46,401 nucleotides of DNA from a virus (Duplodnaviria; Caudoviricetes). The stretch is from the IMG/VR virus record IMGVR_UViG_3300033076_000578, positions 1 through 46,401 of that record; one strand, given 5' to 3'. Made by a program: the position numbers and the translations under genes. Position 1 is the first letter of the stretch. The number at the start of each line of letters is the position of its first letter. The notes under the pieces were generated by a model. The model was given only the letters and a program-made list of their open reading frames with translations, had not been told where the DNA came from and did not search any database. Below, one piece after another: positions 10,501 through 19,336 of the stretch.

Positions 10501-13221
10501 GTATGTACTACCATTTAAATCGGTTGTTGTAAATGAGTATGTTGTTGAACCTGATGTAAAATGATAATTACTTGCCGAAATATAGTAAGATTGTACACCT
10601 GTTGTATTATTATTTGAACCAATTTGTAATGGTGGTTTTCCACTTCCACTTGTAATTGAAATTGAACTAGAAACACTTCCTAAATTATTTCGTTTTGCAA
10701 GAATATTTATCACTTGCCCAGTTGGGAAAGATGATAAATCTGTCATCTTATAAAAGAATTGATTTGCGTTTGCAGTTACATTTAAATTTTTACTATTTTC
10801 TCCTTTTAATGCTCCATCAATATTAACCGATGATGTAAAATCTGCCGCAAAAAAACTATAAATTGCACCATGGTCGGTAGATGATGGTGTATTGTAAGAC
10901 CAACTTGAAGCATTATCCGTTGTAGAACCTGCGTATAATCTATATATCCTAACAATATTACTACTTTCAGAATATGCGTTAATTAACGTTAATGGTGGAG
11001 TTGTAACAGAAGACGATTCTACTAAATAAGTTCCATGTACGTTTGTAGATACTTTTATATCAATATAATCATTATCTATTGCAGGTTTATTAGCATCATC
11101 CGGGTCAAATATAAAAGTGTTTTTAGTTGCAACTGCATTTAATATTTTTGCATCTTCACCATTTAATCCGTTTGTACCACCCTGGTCTATTCTATAAATA
11201 AATACAGTATCTCTAACATCCTCACAAGATGCGGTATATGTAATTCTTGAAACTTTTATACTACCAACTGAACCGGTAAAACTTTGTGCAGTTAATATTG
11301 CGGTTGTTTCTGTTAAATTGGTTAATCCACCAGGATAACCAGTTCCTGCATAAAATGATGGATTTATATAATCACCATTTGTATCAAATGCAGAAGATGC
11401 AAATGTTACAGAACCTGTTAATCCTACTTTTGATATTTCAAAATTAATAGAAGATGCACCAACCGTTTCTCCAGAACTACCAGAAAAAGTAAATAAATTA
11501 CCATCAGGTATAACTGATAATGTTTTTACAACGGTTCTATCATTTCCACCCGCAAACGTAAATTCTTTATGAACCGTTACAGGAACGTAATTATTATTTA
11601 TATCGTAAAATTCAAATTTAAAATCAAATGCATCATTATTTACTTTTGTAGGAACTGCTACATTTAATGTTAGTTCGTTTGGAGAAAAGTTTGTTTCTTG
11701 CGATGCTCTTAAACTTAAATTAGATAAATACCAATCACCTTGATAAATTGCAAATACAATTGTACCAGTTGAAGTATCATCCGATTTAAAATTAATTTGT
11801 TGTTTATCAAATACTCTACCATTTGAACCTGCTTCTAATTCTCCTAATAATTTTCCCAAAGGAATATTACTATCGGTGTTTAAAAATGCAGAACCACTAC
11901 CATATATTTGTATTTTACCACTTGCAAACGATGAAGATAATAATGTAGTAGAAAAATCTAATTGATATTCTGTATTTTTTATAAAATCAATTGAAGATGA
12001 ATAATAAAATATTCTTTGAGGATACTGTGATGTATTTTCTGTAGAATCATCCGTTAATCTTGCAGAGGATGCCAATACAACATTATTTAATGGTGCTTGG
12101 TAAAATATATTTACATCATAATGTTTATATTTCCAAAAATCATTAATTAATGATTGATTACCAAATTGACCTGTTCTAACACTAACACTCCCACTATAAA
12201 CATCGGTTTGTAAAATCTCATTTGATTCTAATTGAACATCTTCTAATAGTGTATAATTTCCAATATCTGCTTTTCTACTTGCATATATTTTTAATCTATT
12301 TACATCACCACTAAATGTTTCTAAATCTGTTAATTTTATTTTGGCAAAAGATGAACTAACTGATGAATTTTGTAAAGTAACACTACTGTTGTATGGTAAT
12401 GTAAAATTTGCATTTGTAAAATCCTTTACGGTTTGAAATGGTGCATCGGTTGCCGATGCTGTTTCATAATATGGTATTGTTGCTAATATTTTTTTAGAAT
12501 TAACAACATCTTTTACAATTGTTGAATAAGATTGGTTTAACCCATTAACTGTAATAGTTTCACCTTCCATAGAAGATGAAAAAACACTACCAGTTGTTCT
12601 TAATTCATAAATTGTATCTCCATTAAAATTTTTAAAATTAGAACCGGATGGAGGATTTATAGAAATACCACTAACACTGCCACTAACTGTAATTCTATTT
12701 ACAGTTCTGTTGTATATTGGTAATATAGTTTCTTCAATTGCAACTTTTGGTCTTCTATAAAAACGAATCTTTGTTGTATTTGCTACAAATGGATTTACGT
12801 TTATTTGTTTTTGCCATCTAACATTATATGTACCCTCCCAATTTGATGGAATTGGTATTTTTATTCCATTTGAATTATATTCTTTTAATTCACCTAATAT
12901 TGTAATAGTACAAGGACCAAATGCAGTATCTGGATAAACATATACAGAAACTACTTTTGATGTTCCCTCATAATATTCTGGAATACCTTCTCCAGGTTCA
13001 TTATATATAATATCACCCTTTGAATCTTTAATTTGTATCTTAATAATACTATCCGCAACTAATTCTTCCGAACCTTGTATTAAGAACGCGTTTTTACCGC
13101 CAGTAAATGTATCAGGTAATTCTGTTATTTTAAAATACTCACTAAATGGTGCAGTATCGTTTATAAAAACATTATATTTTTCTATACTCTCATCGAATAG
13201 AGTTTTTTTCAGTAATGCCAT
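7531..13221 (-). CDS. Tail fibre protein with C-terminal intramolecular chaperone (Peptidase_S74)
   Basis: SSDIRLKENI autocleavage motif, then YNWK...YGFIAQDVE...VNYMELIPIMVKEIQ and a coiled coil; GSIGGFTI and GTIGGWTI repeats; short collagen-like GITGSNGAVGAAG. Confidence 0.85.
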   Translation of the reverse strand: MALLKKTLFDESIEKYNVFINDTAPFSEYFKITELPDTFTGGKNAFLIQGSEELVADSIIKIQIKDSKGDIIYNEPGEGIPEYYEGTSKVVSVYVYPDTAFGPCTITILGELKEYNSNGIKIPIPSNWEGTYNVRWQKQINVNPFVANTTKIRFYRRPKVAIEETILPIYNRTVNRITVSGSVSGISINPPSGSNFKNFNGDTIYELRTTGSVFSSSMEGETITVNGLNQSYSTIVKDVVNSKKILATIPYYETASATDAPFQTVKDFTNANFTLPYNSSVTLQNSSVSSSFAKIKLTDLETFSGDVNRLKIYASRKADIGNYTLLEDVQLESNEILQTDVYSGSVSVRTGQFGNQSLINDFWKYKHYDVNIFYQAPLNNVVLASSARLTDDSTENTSQYPQRIFYYSSSIDFIKNTEYQLDFSTTLLSSSFASGKIQIYGSGSAFLNTDSNIPLGKLLGELEAGSNGRVFDKQQINFKSDDTSTGTIVFAIYQGDWYLSNLSLRASQETNFSPNELTLNVAVPTKVNNDAFDFKFEFYDINNNYVPVTVHKEFTFAGGNDRTVVKTLSVIPDGNLFTFSGSSGETVGASSINFEISKVGLTGSVTFASSAFDTNGDYINPSFYAGTGYPGGLTNLTETTAILTAQSFTGSVGSIKVSRITYTASCEDVRDTVFIYRIDQGGTNGLNGEDAKILNAVATKNTFIFDPDDANKPAIDNDYIDIKVSTNVHGTYLVESSSVTTPPLTLINAYSESSNIVRIYRLYAGSTTDNASSWSYNTPSSTDHGAIYSFFAADFTSSVNIDGALKGENSKNLNVTANANQFFYKMTDLSSFPTGQVINILAKRNNLGSVSSSISITSGSGKPPLQIGSNNNTTGVQSYYISASNYHFTSGSTTYSFTTTDLNGSTYNDNFTISPVIVESQIGVSITNENTSFPAYSTGTVPAGFAASSGSISVKVGGETISYASSGTNRYTASFTASAGLTKTTGFNGVDYSISALSVDSGSLTINVDYYDGRGSGSTFQKVATYSKAKSSAPTVLVSANPLNQSIVGNATGSQSGSLKDITFTALEGNTSRFVSMSATYGGFTTNPTYTATVGTLTMSSAVIDRTKNEASASVIVYYRDSEGTAGSSSILISATKVNTGITGSNGAVGAAGPGVVLRGEYTAGTTYYYTTYAGSSRRDAVYQSSGGITKYYATLQETINQSPTDGTDNAYWQYLGNQDFFVSAKISIFDESYVKNTLNVGTNSQGSAANITLAGGTTNPYISVGQGTQGYGNDGIFFGRSSSNSKVSFVSGSSYFKYDSGATNIIDIGGRLNATELIAGSGSIGGFTIQSSKLRVGTPTVGLVLDGNSNKIVAGAESGSLSATLSLNGIHAGSNTYSTAPFRVSTNGDLYAASAIISGSINAGQGTIGGWTIGTNELYNGTVKLYASGSDSYIQVRGETTTSYAGNQVKIHPGALTGVGGSITSLNAVNAQGSYVDVTSASTMYLTNSSTTATVSTSNTGLSVSLDSGATYNIVATIKFKIDVAYQSISTNGTYASSLSSFTAQYMAGMFLNAYGGTNLDVTSRTNGWIGDSTGESAFISLYNSTNSTSYSSLYDMEGLYLDIITAKSTTDGAVSVAARANYNSVQYGSNTSTFSPTTEDTTEELADVTFNISAVGAGTANIPFTLTKTNTLGTYYDVVRWKVGQYNSFDYNGTTIPGGVAVFAAQRTQVRYAPTSVTYSAKGISLTANGLTKQVEITERGLQALFNSSTDGTGNFFKVEDVTSPSTTNFNLKSAGYFAHYGELHVSGDIAGYSTALSSDIRLKENIEEIDNDDIQKLYDLNAVEYNWKEDKDKNLHYGFIAQDVEKIYPHLTRTKMMGEYLTVNYMELIPIMVKEIQNLRKELDSIKKDINNA

Positions 13222-13243
13222 TGTAAATTAAGATTCTTTTATC

Positions 13244-13308
13244 ATAAATATCCTAAAAAATTAAAGTACGATATTTATATAAAGAAAACTAATATTTACT
13301 AAAGAAAA
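13244..13308. promoter_or_regulatory. Back-to-back GATATTTAT putative late-promoter motifs plus a direct repeat (possible RHH operator)
   Basis: ATAAATATC at 13244-13252 (minus sense, fibre operon) and GATATTTAT at 13270-13278 (plus sense, RHH gene); imperfect direct repeat ATATTTA(TA/C)TAAAGAAAA at 13271 and 13292. Confidence 0.55.
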
Positions 13309-13316
13309 ATAAAGTT

Positions 13317-13496
13317 ATGAAATACGCAATGTTACAAATAAAAAAAGAAACCCATGAACTTCTCAAAGAATATTGTGAAGAACATGGGTTCAAAATGGGT
13401 AGTTTAGTTGAAAACTTAATTAAAAAACACGTTGGTGTTAATAAACCATCTGTAAATGTTTTGAAAGTGGATAAAATTAAAAATCAATCTTACTAA
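13317..13496 (+). CDS. Small ribbon-helix-helix (CopG/Arc-like) DNA-binding protein, 59 aa
   Basis: Missed by the ORF track: MKYAMLQIKKETHELLKEYCEEHGFKMGSLVENLIKKHVGVNKPSVNVLKVDKIKNQSY. Pattern is beta strand, helix A, G-x-x-x-x-x-V turn, helix B. Has its own upstream GATATTTAT motif. Confidence 0.75.
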   Translation: MKYAMLQIKKETHELLKEYCEEHGFKMGSLVENLIKKHVGVNKPSVNVLKVDKIKNQSY

Positions 13497-16400
13497 ATCC
13501 ATTTTCTTTTTTAATTTCAATTAAACCATCTACAATATCTCTCATAGCATCCAAGTGAGAAATCATCCATATAAAATCAAATTGAGTTTTAAGATATTGC
13601 ATCATCATAAATAAGGATGATAAGTTATCACTATCCAATGTACCAAATCCTTCATCGATTACTAAGAAGTTTGGACGAGGTAAGTTACAGATGTTAATAA
13701 GAGCAACTCTGATTGCTAATCCACTTACAAATTTCTCCATACCACTACACATTTCCAATGGCCATTCTTGGTCATCGTAAACTATCTTTGCATTGATTGA
13801 TTTACCATCAACTTCCATTACAATACCAAAATCTACTACCTGTCCTAAAATGTTATTTATTTCATTTTCAATTACAGGTAATGCTTTGGAAATTAACTCA
13901 TAAGGTATTCCATCTCTCTTTACAGAATCTAAATAGTAGGTGTATAAACGGTTCTTTTCCTCCAAGTCTTTAACTTCATTCATCTTCCTCTTTATCTCCT
14001 CTACAAAGGCAACTATTGAAGAAATAGAACCATTCACACTACTAATCTTCTTATTGATTCCAACGATTTCAGCTTCAATTTCTTTTTTGGTATTTTGCAT
14101 ACCATTTACCAAAGTATCTATCTGTTTATTTCGTTTGATTATCTCCTCATTTTCATAATATTTACGAATGTTTTCTTCAATTGTTTCTAATTGATGTTTG
14201 GTTAATTCTATTTTAGTAGTTAAACCATTTAATTGAGCTTGTTCTGTTTCAATTGTGGATTTACCTTTTTGATATTTAGATTTTAATGTTTGTAATTCAT
14301 CATATTGTTCTTTTGCTCCTTTAAACATTTGCATAGCATTCAAACAACCATTAACATCATCTGAACAATAATCTAAATCATTTACCAACCCTTCTAATTC
14401 TTCTTTTGCTTTTAATGCATCTTTTACGAATACATTATCACAACAGAATTTACAATTAGGGTCATACTCATGCTTTTCTAAATGAGAAAGTTTATCTTTA
14501 ATACCTGCAATTTTTTGTTTTAATACTTGATATTTGGTATCTGCTTCATTAAAATCCTTTTCTGCTTGAATGTAATTAGAATTAGCATTTTCAATAGTAA
14601 TAAAATCATCTTCTGAAAGATAGAATTTCTTTTTATCTTCCATTGATTGTGAAACTTGTGTAAGCAACGTTTGATATGTTTCAATTGTTGTTTGTTTTGT
14701 TTCAAAAGATGAAGTGTATGTATTTAATGTAATTTCTAATTTAGATTTATTTGCATTTAATACATCTATATCCAAATTACCATCTATTGGAACTAACTCT
14801 TTTGTTAATCCTAAAATTCTTTCCGATAAATCCGCTACATCAATAGTTCTACTTTCTAATGTTTTTTCTAAATCTTTTAATTCAACTTTTTTATCTTTTA
14901 AATCATTTGCCTTTTCAGCAAGTTCAGTTGTAAAATCAGTTTTCTTAAAATTTTTAATCAAAACAGAAACTTCTTTAATATCTTCTGTTGCAGTTTCATA
15001 TAATTTATCAAACACATTTAATCCCATAAATTGTGCCAATAAATCTTTTCTTTCTGATTGAGATTTATCAATAAAGATTGAGTTATTACCTTGCAATGAA
15101 AGAGCAGTTAAAACAAAATCTTCATACTTACCCACATATTGTTCTATGATTTGGTTTGTATCTCTTCTTTCTGTTCCATTTAATAATGTAATACTCCCAC
15201 CATCTTCTCTCCAAAACTGCACATCTACTTTAACATTCTTTCCTTTGTTAATTGTTTTAGCAGTTCTTTTTATGTGATAATCTACACCATTGACTTGAAA
15301 ATGTAATTCACAATCAAAATCGGATTTACGATTATTTAGAATGTTAGCCGCTTTGAATGCTCTACTACATTTATCGTATAAACAAAATGAAATTGCATCA
15401 AATAAAGAAGATTTACCAGTTGCATTTGGTGCAAATAATCCCATCAATCCACCAACTTTGGTAAAATCAATCTTATTGTCCTCACCATATGAGAACATAT
15501 TGGAGAATGTAAATTTAAGTGGTTTCCAATTGATATTTCTTTGAATATCATCATGTACGATTCTACTATTTATATCCTGATTGATTTCATACAATCCTGC
15601 AATATCTTCCGGTGTTGTAAATGGCATCATTCTCTCAACATATTCTTTCAATAGTGAGTTCTGATAATTTACATCCGATACATCTTCAAAATCTAATTTA
15701 TTATCTCTGTTTCCTGTTTTAGATTTGGCAAGTGAGTCTGTTCTGATAATTGTAAAATCATCAACACCGTATTTCATCTTTATTTCAGTAATTACTTTTT
15801 TAGTATCCGCAGTATCTGTATTAGATAAACGAACTCTTAAACGTGGTTTATTTGGCATATTATTTACAACAGGAACTACACCATTGTCAATATCTAATGT
15901 GTAATATCCATAATCGTTGTGAATATCAACCTCTTCATAAGTCATTGTATCCAAATCCCAAACAAGGAAACCATGCTTATCCAAAGTTTCACCAAAGTTT
16001 TGTTGAACCAATGAACCCGCATAAACTACTTTACACCCTTTCGGTGAAATCATTTGTTGTCTTTTGTGAATATCTCCTAATAGTGCTAAATCATAACCAT
16101 CAAACATTTCGGTTGTAAAATGACGTGAAGATACTACATACCCAATATCTGTTTGGGAATTATCAACTGGTCCGTGAAATAAAGCAATCTTTTTGTTTCC
16201 AAATAGAGTATCTGCTTTTGGCCAGTTCTTTTTATCATCAAAAATAGAGAACACACCAAAATCCACTCCACCGATAGAGTAAACTTGTGTATCTCTTAAA
16301 TAGTGAAAGTTTGGTAGGTTTAAAGCTTCTACAATTGGAGTGAGAACATCTAATCTATCCAAATTGTTCATATTACAATCGTGATTACCTGTAATAAGAA

Positions 16401-16635
16401 TAGTATCACAAAGTTTAGAACATTCGATAAATAACCAACTAATCTCTTTTAATAATTCGGGAGACATTTCCAATTTAGCATGAGCAATATCTCCTGCTAA
16501 ATAAATGATTGCATCATCTGTTCCTCTTTTACGAATTTCATCAAACATTTTTTCAAATACTTGACGATACTCATTGTGTCTTTTCACATTACGGATATGA
16601 ACATCGGCAATGTGATAGATTTTCTTTAAACTCAT
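13477..16635 (-). CDS. sbcCD: Fused SbcD-SbcC (Mre11-Rad50; T4 gp47-gp46-like) nuclease/ATPase
   Basis: Metallophosphoesterase motifs ADVH, GDIAH, GNHD, FHG and LGDIH; then Walker A APNATGKSS, coiled coil with CKFC zinc hook, signature CSGME, Walker B/D-loop IDEGFGTLD, and H-loop ISH. Confidence 0.93.
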   Translation of the reverse strand: MSLKKIYHIADVHIRNVKRHNEYRQVFEKMFDEIRKRGTDDAIIYLAGDIAHAKLEMSPELLKEISWLFIECSKLCDTILITGNHDCNMNNLDRLDVLTPIVEALNLPNFHYLRDTQVYSIGGVDFGVFSIFDDKKNWPKADTLFGNKKIALFHGPVDNSQTDIGYVVSSRHFTTEMFDGYDLALLGDIHKRQQMISPKGCKVVYAGSLVQQNFGETLDKHGFLVWDLDTMTYEEVDIHNDYGYYTLDIDNGVVPVVNNMPNKPRLRVRLSNTDTADTKKVITEIKMKYGVDDFTIIRTDSLAKSKTGNRDNKLDFEDVSDVNYQNSLLKEYVERMMPFTTPEDIAGLYEINQDINSRIVHDDIQRNINWKPLKFTFSNMFSYGEDNKIDFTKVGGLMGLFAPNATGKSSLFDAISFCLYDKCSRAFKAANILNNRKSDFDCELHFQVNGVDYHIKRTAKTINKGKNVKVDVQFWREDGGSITLLNGTERRDTNQIIEQYVGKYEDFVLTALSLQGNNSIFIDKSQSERKDLLAQFMGLNVFDKLYETATEDIKEVSVLIKNFKKTDFTTELAEKANDLKDKKVELKDLEKTLESRTIDVADLSERILGLTKELVPIDGNLDIDVLNANKSKLEITLNTYTSSFETKQTTIETYQTLLTQVSQSMEDKKKFYLSEDDFITIENANSNYIQAEKDFNEADTKYQVLKQKIAGIKDKLSHLEKHEYDPNCKFCCDNVFVKDALKAKEELEGLVNDLDYCSDDVNGCLNAMQMFKGAKEQYDELQTLKSKYQKGKSTIETEQAQLNGLTTKIELTKHQLETIEENIRKYYENEEIIKRNKQIDTLVNGMQNTKKEIEAEIVGINKKISSVNGSISSIVAFVEEIKRKMNEVKDLEEKNRLYTYYLDSVKRDGIPYELISKALPVIENEINNILGQVVDFGIVMEVDGKSINAKIVYDDQEWPLEMCSGMEKFVSGLAIRVALINICNLPRPNFLVIDEGFGTLDSDNLSSLFMMMQYLKTQFDFIWMISHLDAMRDIVDGLIEIKKENGFSKIDF

Positions 16636-17573
16636 AAACTATTAATTTTTGTTAATAACAACTCCTCTATTCCAAACTCTTTTGTAGAATTTAATTCTTC
16701 GTAAAATTTATTATACCCCATATCAGCAGCATCCTTATCTTTTAAATTCATAAATTTAACATTTATACCTTGCTTTCTAAAATATTCAGATGCTTTTAAT
16801 GCTTCCGTTTTAGCATCATTATCTAATGAAATAACAATATCACTAACCCCATTCATAAAGATTTTTTCAACTAATGTTTTAGATGGAAACTTACCTAATA
16901 ATGGAATTGCGTTTCTTCTGATTGTAATTGCATCAAATACACCCTCACATAATATAATTGGTTCATTCCAATTTATTTGAGAATCAAAACAAATTACATT
17001 TTTACTAATTGGTGGATTTTTGTATTTCATCTTTTCATCTACATAATAAGAACGAGATACAAAATAATTTAATGAACCATCACAATTATAAGATGGAATA
17101 ATTACTCTTCTTGCATACAATCCTTCCGAACAATATCCAATACCATACTTTATAATTTGCTTTTCCGTTATACCTCTTTGAATAAGGTAATTGATTGCTT
17201 GTTTATATTCTGGATTAAATCCCTTTGGTGGTTCTGATAATGATATAAACTCCTTTGGTAATGAAATAAATATTTTAGTATCACTATCTTCATTTTGTGG
17301 ATTATAGTGTGAATCACCATATATTTCCCTAATAACTGCAATAGTTTTTCTATCAACATCCAATTTCTTTAATAAAGATGTTAGTTTTTTTCCACCACTA
17401 TTGCAAGTCCAACAATGCCAATTTTGAGTTTCTGTATTTACTTGTAATTTTTGTTTGTGATGATGGCAAAATGGACAGTAGAATGCCAATTCGTTTCCCC
17501 TTAAAACGGAAAAACTCCCTAACACATTAGATAGTGTTGTAGTTATTTTTGTCTTATCTGTATTATTCAGCAT
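16632..17573 (-). CDS. DNA primase (zinc finger + TOPRIM); likely start ATG 17573
   Basis: CPFCHH...WHCWTC zinc-binding domain, YLIQRGI, RVIIP, KYKNP, TOPRIM CEGVFDA, LDND and KDAAD. The track start (17600) overlaps the promoter. Confidence 0.9.
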   Translation of the reverse strand: MLNNTDKTKITTTLSNVLGSFSVLRGNELAFYCPFCHHHKQKLQVNTETQNWHCWTCNSGGKKLTSLLKKLDVDRKTIAVIREIYGDSHYNPQNEDSDTKIFISLPKEFISLSEPPKGFNPEYKQAINYLIQRGITEKQIIKYGIGYCSEGLYARRVIIPSYNCDGSLNYFVSRSYYVDEKMKYKNPPISKNVICFDSQINWNEPIILCEGVFDAITIRRNAIPLLGKFPSKTLVEKIFMNGVSDIVISLDNDAKTEALKASEYFRKQGINVKFMNLKDKDAADMGYNKFYEELNSTKEFGIEELLLTKINSL

Positions 17574-17577
17574 GATA

Positions 17578-17609
17578 CAAATATACAACAAATATTTCAA
17601 TTTTCCAAA
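17578..17609 (-). promoter_or_regulatory. Bacteroidota primary-sigma promoter for primase-sbcCD
   Basis: TTTG-N20-TATATTTG-tatc-ATG. Confidence 0.8.
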
Positions 17610-18026
17610 TTATTTAAACCATTCTTCTGGAATAAATTTATCAGCATATAAAAATCCATTCTTATCACACCAATCTGCATAAGATGTTTTTGAATTTTTT
17701 GAAATTTTGTTTTTTGATGATGTAAATACAAACCGTATATCTAATTCAGGATGTTGTTCTTTTATTAACAGATGCTTTTTTCTATCTGCGGGAACAAACC
17801 TACCTTTTGTTTCTACAAAAATACCGTTTGGTAATTTAAAATCTGGATTGTATGTATGTTTAGACGCAGGTATAATATATGGAATCTTTTCGGATTCATA
17901 TGATACAATTATACCTTTACTATCGATTTGATTAGAAATTGATTCTTCCAAGCCTGATTTGAAACCATGCTTTCTTGCCACCCAACCTTTTTTGGTTGGT
18001 TTTTTTGATGTAACCTTTTTAGCCAT
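17610..18026 (-). CDS. T7 endonuclease I-like Holliday junction resolvase
   Basis: FKSGLEESI...YNPDFKLPNGIFVETKGRF...DRKKHLLIKEQHPELDIRFVF...YADWC, matching the PD-(D/E)xK Phage_endo_I pattern. Confidence 0.92.
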   Translation of the reverse strand: MAKKVTSKKPTKKGWVARKHGFKSGLEESISNQIDSKGIIVSYESEKIPYIIPASKHTYNPDFKLPNGIFVETKGRFVPADRKKHLLIKEQHPELDIRFVFTSSKNKISKNSKTSYADWCDKNGFLYADKFIPEEWFK

Positions 18027-18028
18027 TT

Positions 18029-18235
18029 TTATTTGAACGTATCAGAATACTTTTTTTCGCTGATTGTACCACCTCTTCCTGTTTTGAATTTTGCAGCAGT
18101 TAAAACTTGCTCATCTGCTTTTTTCAAATCATTTGTAGTATATGGAGTTTTTGCTTTAACACCCGCATCAAATCCAATCTTATCAACACCTAATTCTGAT
18201 TGTTTTGCTTTGTATAATTCTTCTAATTTAGACAT
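18029..18235 (-). CDS. Hypothetical small basic protein
   Basis: 68-aa ORF in the minus-strand gene string, preceded by GATATTTAT at 18253-18261. Confidence 0.7.
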   Translation of the reverse strand: MSKLEELYKAKQSELGVDKIGFDAGVKAKTPYTTNDLKKADEQVLTAAKFKTGRGGTISEKKYSDTFK

Positions 18236-18252
18236 AATTTGTATTGTTTATA

Positions 18253-18261
18253 ATAAATATC
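18253..18261 (-). promoter_or_regulatory. Putative phage late promoter motif GATATTTAT
   Basis: Recurring motif 17 nt upstream of ATG 18235. Confidence 0.55.
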
Positions 18262-18263
18262 AT

Positions 18264-19265
18264 TTATGTATCAAAACGAACAATAAAATTGACAGGAATA
18301 TCTGGTTCAGATTTTATTGGTTTTGGTAATTTTGCAACCGCAACTAATTCACAATTATCATCATATAAACCTATTGTTGTAATAAACGGTGTTAAGAATG
18401 AACCCGTTGAATCCACAGAACCACTTAAATCATAATGTTCAAATCCACCACTAATAGCAGTATTTACACTAGAATTATATCTATAATCTAAAATATTTCC
18501 GTTTTCTAATGTTGTTTTTTTACGAATATATTTAACACCTGGATTTGTAATTGTTTTTGTATTTGTAAATTTTCTGGTTGCAGTAACTGTATCATTTGTG
18601 TTTTGAACACTACCAGTTTCTTCATTTACAATAACTATTGCAGATGGGTTGGTTGATACATTAAATTCACTTTCATTTACAATTAAAAGATATTCGTTTT
18701 CATATATAGTTTCGGTTGATTTAAAATATAAATCAAAACTTTCAGTAAATGCAGTATTAACTAATCCATTTTTAGTATATGTAATTATACCATCGTTATA
18801 AAACACATCACCAAATATTACAGAACTACTAACTAAACTACCTGAACCATTATCTATATAAGTTATATTAGTTGAATTATCTGTTAAACTAACACTACCC
18901 TTTTTAATACCCTCTCCAAATATATTTTGAGGAATTGATATTACTTTTGCCGATGTTCCTAAATATCGTTCTCCACTTACCGATTGTGGTTGATTTGATT
19001 TTGTACCACTTCTATAAAATGGATTATCTACATTTGTGTAAAATTTAGATTTAATACTACCATAAATAGAATGCGGATAATATGTTATATCATCACCGTT
19101 TGGATTTGTAATAATTTCCGTATCAAAATCATTTACAATATTACCAAAACTAGCACTATAAATATAAATAGATGAAGATGGAGCAGATACTTCATCAAAA
19201 CTCCACTCTTTATAAGCCTTGAATGGTCTTATACTAATATCCGATTTAGGTATTCTTTTTAACAT
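18264..19265 (-). CDS. Virion structural protein with a tail-collar/baseplate-type C-terminus
   Basis: C-terminal FITTIGLYDDNCELVAVAKLPKPIKS...FIVRFD, paralogous to the 419-aa neighbour and resembling the DUF3751 tail-collar C-terminal strands. Confidence 0.6.
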   Translation of the reverse strand: MLKRIPKSDISIRPFKAYKEWSFDEVSAPSSSIYIYSASFGNIVNDFDTEIITNPNGDDITYYPHSIYGSIKSKFYTNVDNPFYRSGTKSNQPQSVSGERYLGTSAKVISIPQNIFGEGIKKGSVSLTDNSTNITYIDNGSGSLVSSSVIFGDVFYNDGIITYTKNGLVNTAFTESFDLYFKSTETIYENEYLLIVNESEFNVSTNPSAIVIVNEETGSVQNTNDTVTATRKFTNTKTITNPGVKYIRKKTTLENGNILDYRYNSSVNTAISGGFEHYDLSGSVDSTGSFLTPFITTIGLYDDNCELVAVAKLPKPIKSEPDIPVNFIVRFDT

Positions 19266-19272
19266 ATCGTAT

Positions 19273-19281
19273 ATAAATATC
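19273..19281 (-). promoter_or_regulatory. Putative phage late promoter motif GATATTTAT
   Basis: 7 nt upstream of ATG 19265, just after a terminator; overlaps the direct repeat ATATCGTATA (19264, 19277). Confidence 0.55.
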
Positions 19282-19290
19282 GTATAAACT

Positions 19291-19313
19291 AAAAACCCAC
19301 CAAAAGGTGGGTT
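19291..19313 (-). terminator. Rho-independent terminator
   Basis: Minus strand AACCCACC-TTTT-GGTGGGTT followed by a T run, just downstream of the 419-aa gene. Confidence 0.85.
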
Positions 19314-19336
19314 AGTAGTCTATAAGTTACTTTCAA

